A program made the translations under genes and the position numbers. Below the pieces are notes generated by a model, which did no database searches, had not been told where the DNA came from, and worked only from the letters and a program-made list of their open reading frames with translations. Positions 6,927 through 15,727 of a stretch of DNA of 35,354 nucleotides are shown in pieces (position 1 is the stretch's first letter; each line of letters begins with the position of its first letter). The stretch is taken from assembly GCA_041493085.1 (NCBI GenBank), contig JBGPYG010000001.1, positions 1 to 35,354 on the forward strand, given 5' to 3'. Origin of the DNA: Pyrinomonadaceae bacterium. Its GTDB lineage: Bacteria > Acidobacteriota > Blastocatellia > Pyrinomonadales > Pyrinomonadaceae.

Positions 6927-9755
6927 TTACCAAAGAACAACCGACTCTAAGTTCCGACTCTTGATCGGAGAGATTGCCAGAAGATCTTCGGGACGGATAG
7001 GCTTGTGCGTTAAGCGGACCCTCCGATCCAACGCGCTTTCGATGGCCGCAGTGATTGCCGGCGCCACTGGAACAATGCCGCCTTCGCCAGCACCTTTGAC
7101 ACCGAGCGGATTGAAAGGACTCGGTGTCTGTACATGATCAAGAATAAGTGATGGGACCAGGGAGGCGGTTGGTAAGAGGTAATCTTTGTACGAACTCGTC
7201 AGAGGCTTGCCGGTCTCATCGTAGCGAACTTCTTCATAGAGAATTTCGCCAATGCCCTGTGCGACTCCGCCATATATCTGGCCATCGACCACACGCGGAT
7301 TGACTCTCACTCCGCAATCATGAGCTAACGCATGGCGGAGCACCTTCACCATGCCGGTCTCTGTGCTCACCTCGACGACGGCAGCATACGTGCCATTGGC
7401 ATAAGCAGGCCGGTTACTCTGGTAATAACTGGTCGTTTCAAGTTCATCGGCGGGACCCTCAGGAGAGGGAAGTTGCGCCGCCTGTGTGCTGAGATATTGC
7501 GCAATGGCCCCGAGGGATATGCTCCGCTCAGGATCTTCGGTTACATGAATTACCCCATCTAAGATTTTTAGATCACCTTCAGATACGTTCAAGAGTCGAG
7601 CGGCGTGCAGCAGCGCCTTTTCGCGCACGGACTTAGCCGCCATCGCCACAGCATTGCCGGCCATCACTGCCACCCGGGCGGCATAAGTGCCAATGCTCTT
7701 CTCGATGACATCACTATCGCCAATCTTAACAACCACATCCGAGAAGCGAACACCCAAATGCTCCGCGCAGATTTGAGCCAGGGTCGTTTCATGGCCCTGT
7801 CCCTGTGATGACACTCCTGAGTAGACAAAGATCCGCCCCTCCGGTGCAACACGCACGCGAGCGCCTTCAAATGGCCCTCGACCGGTCATGGTTGCGTAAC
7901 AAGCTACTCCGATCCCGATGCGCCGTCCCTCGCGCTGCGCCCGCGATTGTTCGAGCCGGAAATCCTTGTATGCAATAAGGTCCAGCGCCCGTTCAAGGCA
8001 GGCACGATAATCGCCGCTGTCATAGATCACCTGAGTTTCGTCCAGATCGGTGAGTCCAGTGTGATAGGGAAAATCGTCAGGCTTGAGTAGATTGCGGCGG
8101 CGAATCTCGACGGTGTCCAGGTTGAGCTGATAGGCACCAAGGTCTAGCATGCGCTCCATGACGAAAGCCGCCTGCGGTTTGCCTGCGCCACGGTAAGGCG
8201 CAGTGGGCGTCTTGTTTGTAAAAACCATCGAGCATTCGACTCGGTAGTTAGGAATCCGATACGGACCAGGGATGCTCACGGATGTCACATATGGCACTAC
8301 TATTCCGATAGGAGTGTAAGCACCCTGGTCATAAATGAACCGGTCACACAGCGCCAGGACGGTGCCATCTGCGGCTAGTCCCAGAGTTACATCGTGCACC
8401 TGTTCCCGTCCCTGGTAGCTGGCTGTAAAGCTCTCTCGACGATCTTCCACCCAGGCCACGGGGCGGCCTAGTTGCATCGCCAGTAGTGGGACGAGAGTAT
8501 ATTCAGGGTAATGACGGTTCTTAACTCCGAACCCGCCGCCGATGTCGGGCGCAATCACGCGCACGTTTGGCAAAGCTAAATCGAGTTGCTCGGCGATCAC
8601 GCGGCGCGCCATGTGCGGCGACTGCGTGGTCAACCAGACAGTGAGGTTCCCCGACTCATATGAAGCGGTGATCGCGCGCGTTTCGAGCGGTTGCCCGCTA
8701 ACGCGGCCAATCGTGAGCCGTTCTTTGATGACCAGGAACGCCTCTTTGAGTGCCTGGTCCACGTCGCCAACCTCTTGACCGAAGCGTCCGGCTATGTTGT
8801 TCGGTAGATCATCATGCACGCGCGGCGCAGATTCGAGCAGCGACGCTTCTGAATCAACCGCAGCCGGCAACGGCTCATACTCAATGTCAATCAAAGCCCG
8901 TGCGTCTTCGGCTTGGTAGGCGTTCTCAGCAACCACGATTGCGACAGGCTCCCCGGCGTAACGTATCACGTCACGCACCAGCGGATAGGGCATGCGCGAC
9001 CGGAGGGCTTGGTGGGGCTGGACCTGTGGAAAAGGTTTCGCGATGTGAGCAATGTCAGCGAAGGTCAGAACGGCAAGCACGCCTGGAGCTGTCCTCGCAG
9101 GGCTCGCGTCAAGGTGCTTTATGCGGGCGCTTGCGTGTGGACTGCGAAGCACTGCTGCGTGTGCCAGGTTTGGTAGTTGTACGTCAGAGGTATAAATGCC
9201 TTCCCCCCGGAGCAGCCTTTGATCTTCATGGCGACCGATCGAGGCGCCTATGCCCTCCGCAGTTGGCAGCGTAGCGACCGTGGGACCACTGTCTTCTTGT
9301 GCGGCTTCAAGCACGGCCTGAACGATTCCTTTGTAGCCGGTGCAACGGCACAGATTCCCCCTCAATGCCTCTCTGACATTTTCTTCAGTCGGATTGGGAT
9401 TACTGCGCAGAAAGGCCGTTGCGGTCATCAAGAAGCCGGGAGTGCAAAAGCCACATTGCAGCGCATGCTGACGGTGAAAGCACTCTTGCAGTCTGGACAG
9501 TTCTCCGTTTTGGGCTAATCCCTCAACGGTCTCGATCCGGTGGGTGTTTGCTTGTACAGCTAACATCAGACAAGAACAAATGGCGTCACCATCGAAGAGC
9601 ACAGTGCAAGCGCCACAGACTCCGTGCTCACATCCGAGATGCGTGCCTTTCAGTCCAAGCTCTTCTCGCAAAAAGTCTGCCAACGTCAAGCGCGGAGAGA
9701 CGGATCCCTGCCAATCCTGGCCGTTGACGGTTAAGCTTATCTCTCGGTTATCCAT
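6927..9755 (-). CDS. Molybdenum hydroxylase (xanthine dehydrogenase/aldehyde oxidase family), fused [2Fe-2S] small-subunit and molybdopterin-binding large-subunit domains
   Basis: The N-terminal 160 aa carry both 2Fe-2S cysteine clusters (CEHGVCGACTV; CGFCTPG...CRCTGY). The rest is CoxL/XdhB-like (DIGGGFGVK, APYRGAGKPQ, GLGEI-type C-terminus). Its start overlaps the upstream FAD-subunit gene by 8 nt. Confidence 0.9.
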   Translation of the reverse strand: MDNREISLTVNGQDWQGSVSPRLTLADFLREELGLKGTHLGCEHGVCGACTVLFDGDAICSCLMLAVQANTHRIETVEGLAQNGELSRLQECFHRQHALQCGFCTPGFLMTATAFLRSNPNPTEENVREALRGNLCRCTGYKGIVQAVLEAAQEDSGPTVATLPTAEGIGASIGRHEDQRLLRGEGIYTSDVQLPNLAHAAVLRSPHASARIKHLDASPARTAPGVLAVLTFADIAHIAKPFPQVQPHQALRSRMPYPLVRDVIRYAGEPVAIVVAENAYQAEDARALIDIEYEPLPAAVDSEASLLESAPRVHDDLPNNIAGRFGQEVGDVDQALKEAFLVIKERLTIGRVSGQPLETRAITASYESGNLTVWLTTQSPHMARRVIAEQLDLALPNVRVIAPDIGGGFGVKNRHYPEYTLVPLLAMQLGRPVAWVEDRRESFTASYQGREQVHDVTLGLAADGTVLALCDRFIYDQGAYTPIGIVVPYVTSVSIPGPYRIPNYRVECSMVFTNKTPTAPYRGAGKPQAAFVMERMLDLGAYQLNLDTVEIRRRNLLKPDDFPYHTGLTDLDETQVIYDSGDYRACLERALDLIAYKDFRLEQSRAQREGRRIGIGVACYATMTGRGPFEGARVRVAPEGRIFVYSGVSSQGQGHETTLAQICAEHLGVRFSDVVVKIGDSDVIEKSIGTYAARVAVMAGNAVAMAAKSVREKALLHAARLLNVSEGDLKILDGVIHVTEDPERSISLGAIAQYLSTQAAQLPSPEGPADELETTSYYQSNRPAYANGTYAAVVEVSTETGMVKVLRHALAHDCGVRVNPRVVDGQIYGGVAQGIGEILYEEVRYDETGKPLTSSYKDYLLPTASLVPSLILDHVQTPSPFNPLGVKGAGEGGIVPVAPAITAAIESALDRRVRLTHKPIRPEDLLAISPIKSRNLESVVLW

Positions 9756-10635
9756 TGAAGCCCTGTGTCAGAAGTCCGGCTCTCTTCGCCGCGCGTAGCA
9801 CGGCACGTCTGGCCAGAGCGCCTATCAGATGACGCCGGTATTCGGCCGTTGCATGGATGTCACTCCACGTGCTCGTCTCAGCTTGCATTTGCGCGACGAT
9901 CTCATCCAGCAGGGAGGCGGATAAAGAGTTCCCGGCGAGCACTGTTTCGGCCCCGTGGCTTGGGCGCGGGATCTCAGCGGTTCCAAAAACGGTGATGCGC
10001 GCGCGCGCGCATATTCCGTTAGCCGGGGTGAGTAAAACCGCCACGCCCGCAAGAGCGAAATCTCCTGGCCTGCGCCCAACCTCTTCGATCGCCCAGCCGT
10101 CGCCATAGTTCCAAGGCGGAAACGTCACGTGGGTGAGCATCTCATCAGGTTCCAAGATTGTGGTGTGCGGCTTTTTGAAGAAGTCCCGCTCCGAGACGAC
10201 GCGTTGCGCGCGCCGGCTTTGGATCGTGAACTGCGCCCCCTGGGTAATCGCGACGGCAGGGAGTTCGGCTGCGGGATCGGCATGTGCCAAGCTGCCACAG
10301 ACAGTACCCCGACAACGTGTTTGGGCGTGACCGATCATCGGCAGGGCCTCGGCTAGCAGCGGATTGATCTCAGCCAGTCCCTCTTGCTTTGCCAGCTCTG
10401 TTTGCCGAATCGTCGCTCCGACCTTCAATCCTTCTTCGTCGTGACGCGTGAAATGAAGCTCGTCTATGCGGTTAATATCGACAAGCGCATAGGGTCGCAT
10501 CAGGCGAAAATTGAGGAGCGCCACAAGGCTCTGTCCGCCGGCGAGGATTTTCGTACCGGGATCCAGGTTGGCCAGCAGCAAGAGAGCATCTGCCAATACA
10601 GTCGGATCGAAATACGCGAACGGGGGAGGCTTCAT
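9748..10635 (-). CDS. Molybdenum hydroxylase FAD-binding subunit (CoxM/XdhA-middle type)
   Basis: It has the FAD_binding_5 pattern ILAGGQSLVALLNFRL and a CO-dehydrogenase-flavoprotein C-terminal region. It is translationally coupled to the S-L fusion gene. Confidence 0.88.
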   Translation of the reverse strand: MKPPPFAYFDPTVLADALLLLANLDPGTKILAGGQSLVALLNFRLMRPYALVDINRIDELHFTRHDEEGLKVGATIRQTELAKQEGLAEINPLLAEALPMIGHAQTRCRGTVCGSLAHADPAAELPAVAITQGAQFTIQSRRAQRVVSERDFFKKPHTTILEPDEMLTHVTFPPWNYGDGWAIEEVGRRPGDFALAGVAVLLTPANGICARARITVFGTAEIPRPSHGAETVLAGNSLSASLLDEIVAQMQAETSTWSDIHATAEYRRHLIGALARRAVLRAAKRAGLLTQGFNG

Positions 10636-10746
10636 AGTGTTTGATCCGTCGAGCGCTCACCCAATGCAAACTGTCGCCCGAGCTATTTCCCTTCTCGATT
10701 AAAGCCTTCGGGCCCCAACCGCGTTTTGCCCCAATAGCCTGGCTTC

Positions 10747-11811
10747 CTAGTTGCGCTCGCCATAGCCATGTACTTGACGACAAATGCGGCAATAGGTTCG
10801 CGGTTCCGTGTTGTCAACTTCATGATGTACTGGTTTGAGCGTGCGCAAGTAGGCAAAGATGGATTTCAGATCATCGTCACTCATGTTGCGCAGGTAAACC
10901 CAGGGCATAACCGGATTGAGCTTACGGGCCTTAACATGGCCGGTTTGCATGACCTCAAGAAAAAGCGCCTCATCGTAATACGAGATACCGGACGGGTCGG
11001 GCGTTATGTTTGTTGAGGCTACGGCAGATTCGCCCTGACCCATAACATTGCCCCCGGCAAATTCGAATCCGGCCAACTCTGGGCTCATTCTGCCTCTGGG
11101 CGTATGGCAACCAGCACAATCACTGATCTTCGCCAGGTATTCCCCACGCTTGACCTGAGTTGACAAATCGGGTGGCGGAACCTCCGCGTTGAGCGGCTCA
11201 GGAAGGATATTCAGCATGATCGAAAGAGGAAAGGGAGTTTTGGTTTGGGGAAGGCGATCCTGAATCGGCTCGATGGTGCGCAAATAGACCACAACTGATG
11301 CTAAGTCCTCGTCGGATAAATGACTGAACGATCTATAGGGCATCAACGGGAAGAGGGCACGCCCGTCGTGACCGATACCTTCTCGAATCGCGCGCGCCAG
11401 CATGTCATCCGTCCAGTTGCCGCCGCCAGTCTCTTTATCAGGCGTTATGTTGGGGGTGACCAACCAGGGAAATCCCTCCTCGGTCCAAATCCGACCGCCT
11501 CCTTTGGTGCCTGGCAATGCGGGCGCACCCGGGGCGTTCTTGTCAACCTTAGAATGACACTGAAAGCAGTGCAGCGAGCCCTCGACGAGATATTGACCAC
11601 GATCCAGGCGCGCACGCGAAGTTTCGAATTTACGATCAGTCAGAGGTCGCGCTCTTGGACCAATAAACGGACGCCAGCCGATTGTAAAAGTAATCGCAAT
11701 AATCAGTAGGCCCATCACTCCGAGCAGGCCGTAACCGGCAATCTTCAGCAGCCGTCTGCCCCACCTTCTTGCCGCGCTGTCTCTCTTGCGTGCGTCTTGG
11801 CCTATGCTCAT
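10747..11811 (-). CDS. Membrane-anchored diheme c-type cytochrome
   Basis: An N-terminal TM helix (LLKIAGYGLLGVMGLLIIAITFTIGW) is followed by two CxxCH motifs (CFQCH, CAGCH). Each sits in a cytochrome c domain ending in ...DEDLASVVVYLRT and ...DDDLKSIFAYLRT. GAGGTG lies 7 nt upstream of the ATG. Confidence 0.85.
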   Translation of the reverse strand: MSIGQDARKRDSAARRWGRRLLKIAGYGLLGVMGLLIIAITFTIGWRPFIGPRARPLTDRKFETSRARLDRGQYLVEGSLHCFQCHSKVDKNAPGAPALPGTKGGGRIWTEEGFPWLVTPNITPDKETGGGNWTDDMLARAIREGIGHDGRALFPLMPYRSFSHLSDEDLASVVVYLRTIEPIQDRLPQTKTPFPLSIMLNILPEPLNAEVPPPDLSTQVKRGEYLAKISDCAGCHTPRGRMSPELAGFEFAGGNVMGQGESAVASTNITPDPSGISYYDEALFLEVMQTGHVKARKLNPVMPWVYLRNMSDDDLKSIFAYLRTLKPVHHEVDNTEPRTYCRICRQVHGYGERN

Positions 11812-11848
11812 AAATTCACCTCACAAGAAACTCTGATGATAGATTTGC

Positions 11849-12919
11849 TCAGACTAAGGCGATGCATTCAATTAAGCTTTCCAACGCGTGCGTTGGGACT
11901 ATCCGCTCCAAATTGAAGCCAGCCGCAGCCAGGAGTGTGCCAAACTCCGATTCAGTGCGTTCGCGGCCTCCCGTCATGACGAGCATCTGTAGATCGGTCA
12001 TCACCAACGGATAGGTCGAGAAAGAGGCCCCGGATTCAGTCGGCATAATCATCTCGATTAACAAAAGCCTACCCTCTGGACCCACCGCCTTGCGGCAGTT
12101 CTTGAGGATGCGAATGCAATGGTCGTCATCCCAGTTGTGTATGACGTGTGAAAGAAGGTAAACATCGCCGCCGTCCGGCACTGACTCGAAGAAGTCACCG
12201 GCAACCAGTTTGCAACGCTCGGCAAATCCGGTTCCTTCGAGTTGTTCTTCCATAACGCCTATGACGGAGGATGTATCGAAGAGGATGGCGCGGAGAGTCG
12301 GATTTGCACGCAGCATCGCCAGCAGTAATCCGCCTTGTCCGCCACCAATGTCAACGGCGGTCTTAAACCGGGAAAAATCGTAGGCCGAGAGGACTGCGGC
12401 GGCGAGCTCCGAGGATAGCTGAGCCATTGCCGCATTAAACCTGGCCGCCGCCTCCGGGTGTTGTTCAAGATATTGATAACGATGCATTCCAAAGACGTGG
12501 TTGAAGGCTGTCTCACCAGTCTTAACGCTGTGAAGCAAATGGCCCCATACTATGTAGGACTCCTCACTGCACAGAGTCATTGCGGTGAGTGAGTCCGGGA
12601 CGTCCGTTCGCAGATATTGTCCCAAGGCGGCCAATTCGAATTGTCCGCTCTCCTTCTCTTTAAACAGGCCGAAGGCAACCAGGCAGCGCATCACTCGATT
12701 AAGCGAGTCCTGATGTGTCTTGGTGCTGTTTGCTAGTTCGTTGATACTTTGAGGACCATGTTTGAGCAAATCAGCGAGGCCTAGTTGCGCTGCGATATGG
12801 ATTAGCTGCGAAACCGCATAGCCGGTCATCATGCGGGCCAGCGCGAACTGGGGCGGAAGTTCAGCCATGCCAGTCTGAGCCGGAGTCGCGGGCTCGCTAA
12901 AACTCTTCGCAGTACTCAT
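11849..12919 (-). CDS. Class I SAM-dependent O-methyltransferase (Methyltransf_2 with N-terminal dimerisation domain), paralog 2
   Basis: The SAM motif is VDIGGGQGGLL and the catalytic His region is LSHVIHNWDDD. It is clearly paralogous to the upstream OMT. I prefer the ATG at 12919 (MSTAKSF...) because the 13033 track start overlaps the upstream gene. Confidence 0.85.
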   Translation of the reverse strand: MSTAKSFSEPATPAQTGMAELPPQFALARMMTGYAVSQLIHIAAQLGLADLLKHGPQSINELANSTKTHQDSLNRVMRCLVAFGLFKEKESGQFELAALGQYLRTDVPDSLTAMTLCSEESYIVWGHLLHSVKTGETAFNHVFGMHRYQYLEQHPEAAARFNAAMAQLSSELAAAVLSAYDFSRFKTAVDIGGGQGGLLLAMLRANPTLRAILFDTSSVIGVMEEQLEGTGFAERCKLVAGDFFESVPDGGDVYLLSHVIHNWDDDHCIRILKNCRKAVGPEGRLLLIEMIMPTESGASFSTYPLVMTDLQMLVMTGGRERTESEFGTLLAAAGFNLERIVPTHALESLIECIALV

Positions 12920-13005
12920 TAACCTAACCCCACTTTGCAACTGCGCATCTCTCTCACCTTGGGTCGATGGTTCCGCTGTCGATCTCGCTCCGCGCAGTCG
13001 AGATA

Positions 13006-14046
13006 CTAAACCGCCAGGGCTTCGACGATGCACTCAGGTACTGCTGTTGGAATGATGTTCGTCAAGCGAAACTTTGCCGCAGCTAAGAGGTCCTTGAATT
13101 GATGCTCTGTCCGCTCACGGCCGCCGGTCATTACGAGCATCTGTAGGTCAAGCAACTTGGAAAAGACCGGTTCGGGAGAATCGGGGATCAGACACTCCAC
13201 GAGCAACAGCCTACACCCCTGGTCCATTGCGCTGCGGCATTGCCGCAGGATGCGCAGGCTCTGCTCGTCATCCCAATCATGAATCACCGAAGAGAGGATG
13301 TAGCAGTCGCCACCTTTCGGTACAAATTCGAAGAAGTCACCGGCAACAACTTCACAGCGCCCCGCAATTCCGACGGCTTCGAGTTGTTTCCGCGAGCCTT
13401 CAACGACGGAAGGCATATCGCAGAGAATGGCACCCATCTCCGGGTAGGCTTGCAGGATGGCTGCAACCAGAACTCCTTGCCCGCCGGCGACATCAACGAT
13501 CGTCTTAAAGCCTGAGAAGTCGTAAGCCGCTACGACCGCTTGAGACACTTGCACGGATAGTCCGGTCATCGCTTCATCGAATACTCGACCGGTCTCGTGG
13601 TTCTGTGCGAGATAGTCAAACATTTTCATCCCCAGCACGTGGCCGAGTGCGGGCTGACCGGTTTCGATCGTGTGCTGAACAGCACCCCATGCTCTATAGG
13701 CCGCTTCGCCGTTCCAGATTGCCATCGCACGCATTGAGCCTGGGACTCCGGTTTGTAGGAGCGTCCCCAGTGGGGTCAGTCCAAAGCGATGTTTGTCGTC
13801 CTCTTCAAACAGACCGTAGCTGGTGAGCGTCCTCATGATTCGGTAAAGTGCGTTCGCATCAACCCGCAATGCTTTGGAGAGGTCCTCGCTGCTCTGCGGG
13901 CCACCGCTAAGGAGGTCAGCCGCGCCGATCTTGGCGATCACGTATATTGACTGGGCGAGCCAACAGCCAGTCAACATCTGGCGTAGTGCCATTGAAGTGG
14001 CTATCTCGCCGGAGTCCTTGAGGTGATGTTGTATGGATTGGCTCAA
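13006..14046 (-). CDS. Class I SAM-dependent O-methyltransferase (Methyltransf_2 with dimerisation domain), paralog 1
   Basis: Motifs VDVAGGQGVLV and SSVIHDWDDE are present, with a winged-helix dimerisation N-terminus. The start codon is uncertain: TTG at 14046 or ATG at 13992. Confidence 0.88.
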   Translation of the reverse strand: MSQSIQHHLKDSGEIATSMALRQMLTGCWLAQSIYVIAKIGAADLLSGGPQSSEDLSKALRVDANALYRIMRTLTSYGLFEEDDKHRFGLTPLGTLLQTGVPGSMRAMAIWNGEAAYRAWGAVQHTIETGQPALGHVLGMKMFDYLAQNHETGRVFDEAMTGLSVQVSQAVVAAYDFSGFKTIVDVAGGQGVLVAAILQAYPEMGAILCDMPSVVEGSRKQLEAVGIAGRCEVVAGDFFEFVPKGGDCYILSSVIHDWDDEQSLRILRQCRSAMDQGCRLLLVECLIPDSPEPVFSKLLDLQMLVMTGGRERTEHQFKDLLAAAKFRLTNIIPTAVPECIVEALAV

Positions 14047-14093
14047 TACGCTTTACAATTTGCCGGAGATCAGCCGCGCGAAGAAGTTCGACG

Positions 14094-14423
14094 CTATGTC
14101 TCTTTCAGTTCGATCTTCAAAGAGTGAATATCCGTGTCTCCCACGTTCTTAGTTTCGTGGACTTCCGCTTCATCCCAAACCACGGCGCCGGCTTTAGCTA
14201 TTTTCTCTTCGACTTTGCCATCAGCATAGGTGTGTCTTAAGCGCCCGTCGTTGAAAACGTAGATTACTGAAGGTCCAACGGCGTGCATCGCGACACTTTC
14301 ACCGGGTCGGATGCGGACATCGAAGACGCGCACGCTGTCGTTTTCCATTAACAGCTTATAGTTTTCAGATGCCACTTGAAGAGGATCGAGGGTCGCTACT
14401 GCGGGTTGCGTCGTGTTGCTCAT
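14094..14423 (-). CDS. Small cupin-fold protein
   Basis: The 109-aa ORF has a beta-rich pattern with His-containing segments (SVAMHAV..., EVHETKNVG) consistent with a monocupin. AAGGAAG/AAAGGG RBS-like sequences precede the ATG. The family call is tentative. Confidence 0.55.
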   Translation of the reverse strand: MSNTTQPAVATLDPLQVASENYKLLMENDSVRVFDVRIRPGESVAMHAVGPSVIYVFNDGRLRHTYADGKVEEKIAKAGAVVWDEAEVHETKNVGDTDIHSLKIELKET

Positions 14424-14583
14424 GGTTGCCCTTTCTTCCTTCGAATACTTAAGTCGTGTCAGGCTTAAAAGACCAGGGAAGGGCCACCAAGAGCTTCTCG
14501 AATCCCCGCGCAGTCGGCTCTCCCGCGCCTTCCCGAATTTGAGCAGAATACAAAACCATGCTAAGGGAAACGTCGTAGCAGGT

Positions 14584-14600
14584 CTTCTTCCCGATTGCTC
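14584..14600 (-). repeat. Copy 2 of the oriented intergenic motif (sense: GAGCAATCGGGAAGAAG)
   Basis: Matches copy 1 at 15/17 positions in the core and 22/25 with flanks (CGAATTGAGCAATCGGGAAGAAGAC). It lies 160 nt upstream of the cupin ATG and points toward the cupin-OMT operon. Confidence 0.5.
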
Positions 14601-14669
14601 AATTCGCTCCGTCTTAGCAGGCGTTCAAAGTCTCATCTGCCGGTATTCTCGCGTCGGGCTAAGTAATGT

Positions 14670-15524
14670 TCACACCGCAATCCTGTTTGTCGCAGCCAGG
14701 CGTTGTGTTAACAGGAAGGGGAGAGCAACGATGATCGGTGGATCGAAGAGAGACGCCTCCCTCAGCGTCACATCAGCCGGTCCGGTAAACATCCCGTCTT
14801 CCACGCGCAGCGGGCCGGCTTTCCCGCGCAGAGCATTGTCAGTCAGCAGTGTTGACATTGGGTCGTTGGTATTGTTTAGAGCTGCTGCCATAACGTAGTA
14901 CAGTCCATCAGGCACAGGTCTGATGCAATACTCGCCGGGACTCGTCAGGAAGTCGCATCCCGCCGGTCGGGTTTGCGACACTGGCAATTGAAAGAGTCCA
15001 ACAAAGATTAGTCCGTCGAAACCTCCGGGCGCGCTGATGCGCCCCGTCAAACCGACTTGCCGGAGGCTCGAGCCTAAGTAATCCCGCTCACTTTCAAATT
15101 GCGACGCAAACGCCGAGAGACCGACCCGCTCGGCCATTTGACGAAATGAGGTAGGAGGGAGGCCGACGAAATCAGTGAATCGGCTCGTGAAAGTACCCAA
15201 GCTGTCGTAGCCCACCTCGCAACACACGTCAATGACGTTGAGGGGAGTTGTCAGCAGCAGTCGCTTGGCTGCCTCAAGACGAAGGGCTCCCAGGAACAGG
15301 CGCGGGGGGATGCCCACGACGTCGTGGAATACGCGATTAAAATGGTAAGGGCTCATTATGGCGATCTCAGCCATTTCCTGGAGCGAGAATGGCTCGCCCA
15401 GCCGGTTACGCATCTCCAAAATTACCCGTTCCACAGCCTTCGTTCTGGTTGCGACGGTGCAGGCCCGTCCGCCAACCGAGGGCTGCTGAAAGGGTATGGT
15501 GGCGCCTTCTTGAAAAGCATTCAT
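14670..15524 (-). CDS. AraC/XylS-family transcriptional regulator with N-terminal HTH and an uncharacterised C-terminal domain
   Basis: The two HTH units are SLQEMAEIAIMSPYHFNRVFHDVVGIPP and VIDVCCEVGYDSLGTFTSRFTDFVGLPPTSFRQ. The ATG at 15524 has GGTGGGG upstream. The track start at 15605 is a TTG. Confidence 0.82.
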   Translation of the reverse strand: MNAFQEGATIPFQQPSVGGRACTVATRTKAVERVILEMRNRLGEPFSLQEMAEIAIMSPYHFNRVFHDVVGIPPRLFLGALRLEAAKRLLLTTPLNVIDVCCEVGYDSLGTFTSRFTDFVGLPPTSFRQMAERVGLSAFASQFESERDYLGSSLRQVGLTGRISAPGGFDGLIFVGLFQLPVSQTRPAGCDFLTSPGEYCIRPVPDGLYYVMAAALNNTNDPMSTLLTDNALRGKAGPLRVEDGMFTGPADVTLREASLFDPPIIVALPFLLTQRLAATNRIAV

Positions 15525-15727
15525 GGTGCCCCACCAGACATAGTTTGTTTGCAGGTCTGTGTTTCCATTTTCGATCCTCAAGACAAAGGGTTTACAAAGG
15601 AGCAAAACCGATTAGAGTGCAGAAAAAATTCTCTCAGTGACTCTTGGCCCCGCGGTGAATCGCATTATCTAGCATTCAAGTACGCCGCTCTCTGCAGCCG
15701 TTCACTCGCTGGTGCTTTGTTGCACCG

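Noticed and set aside
6927-9755. Calling the Mo enzyme a carbon monoxide dehydrogenase (CoxL)
   Set aside because: The active-site loop reads APYRGAGKPQ, the generic xanthine-dehydrogenase-family form, not the VAYRCSFR-type loop of form I CODH. No cox accessory genes are nearby.
10747-10800. A third heme site in the cytochrome c C-terminus (CRICRQVH)
   Set aside because: The motif is C-x-x-C-R, not CxxCH, so only two canonical heme-binding sites are supported.
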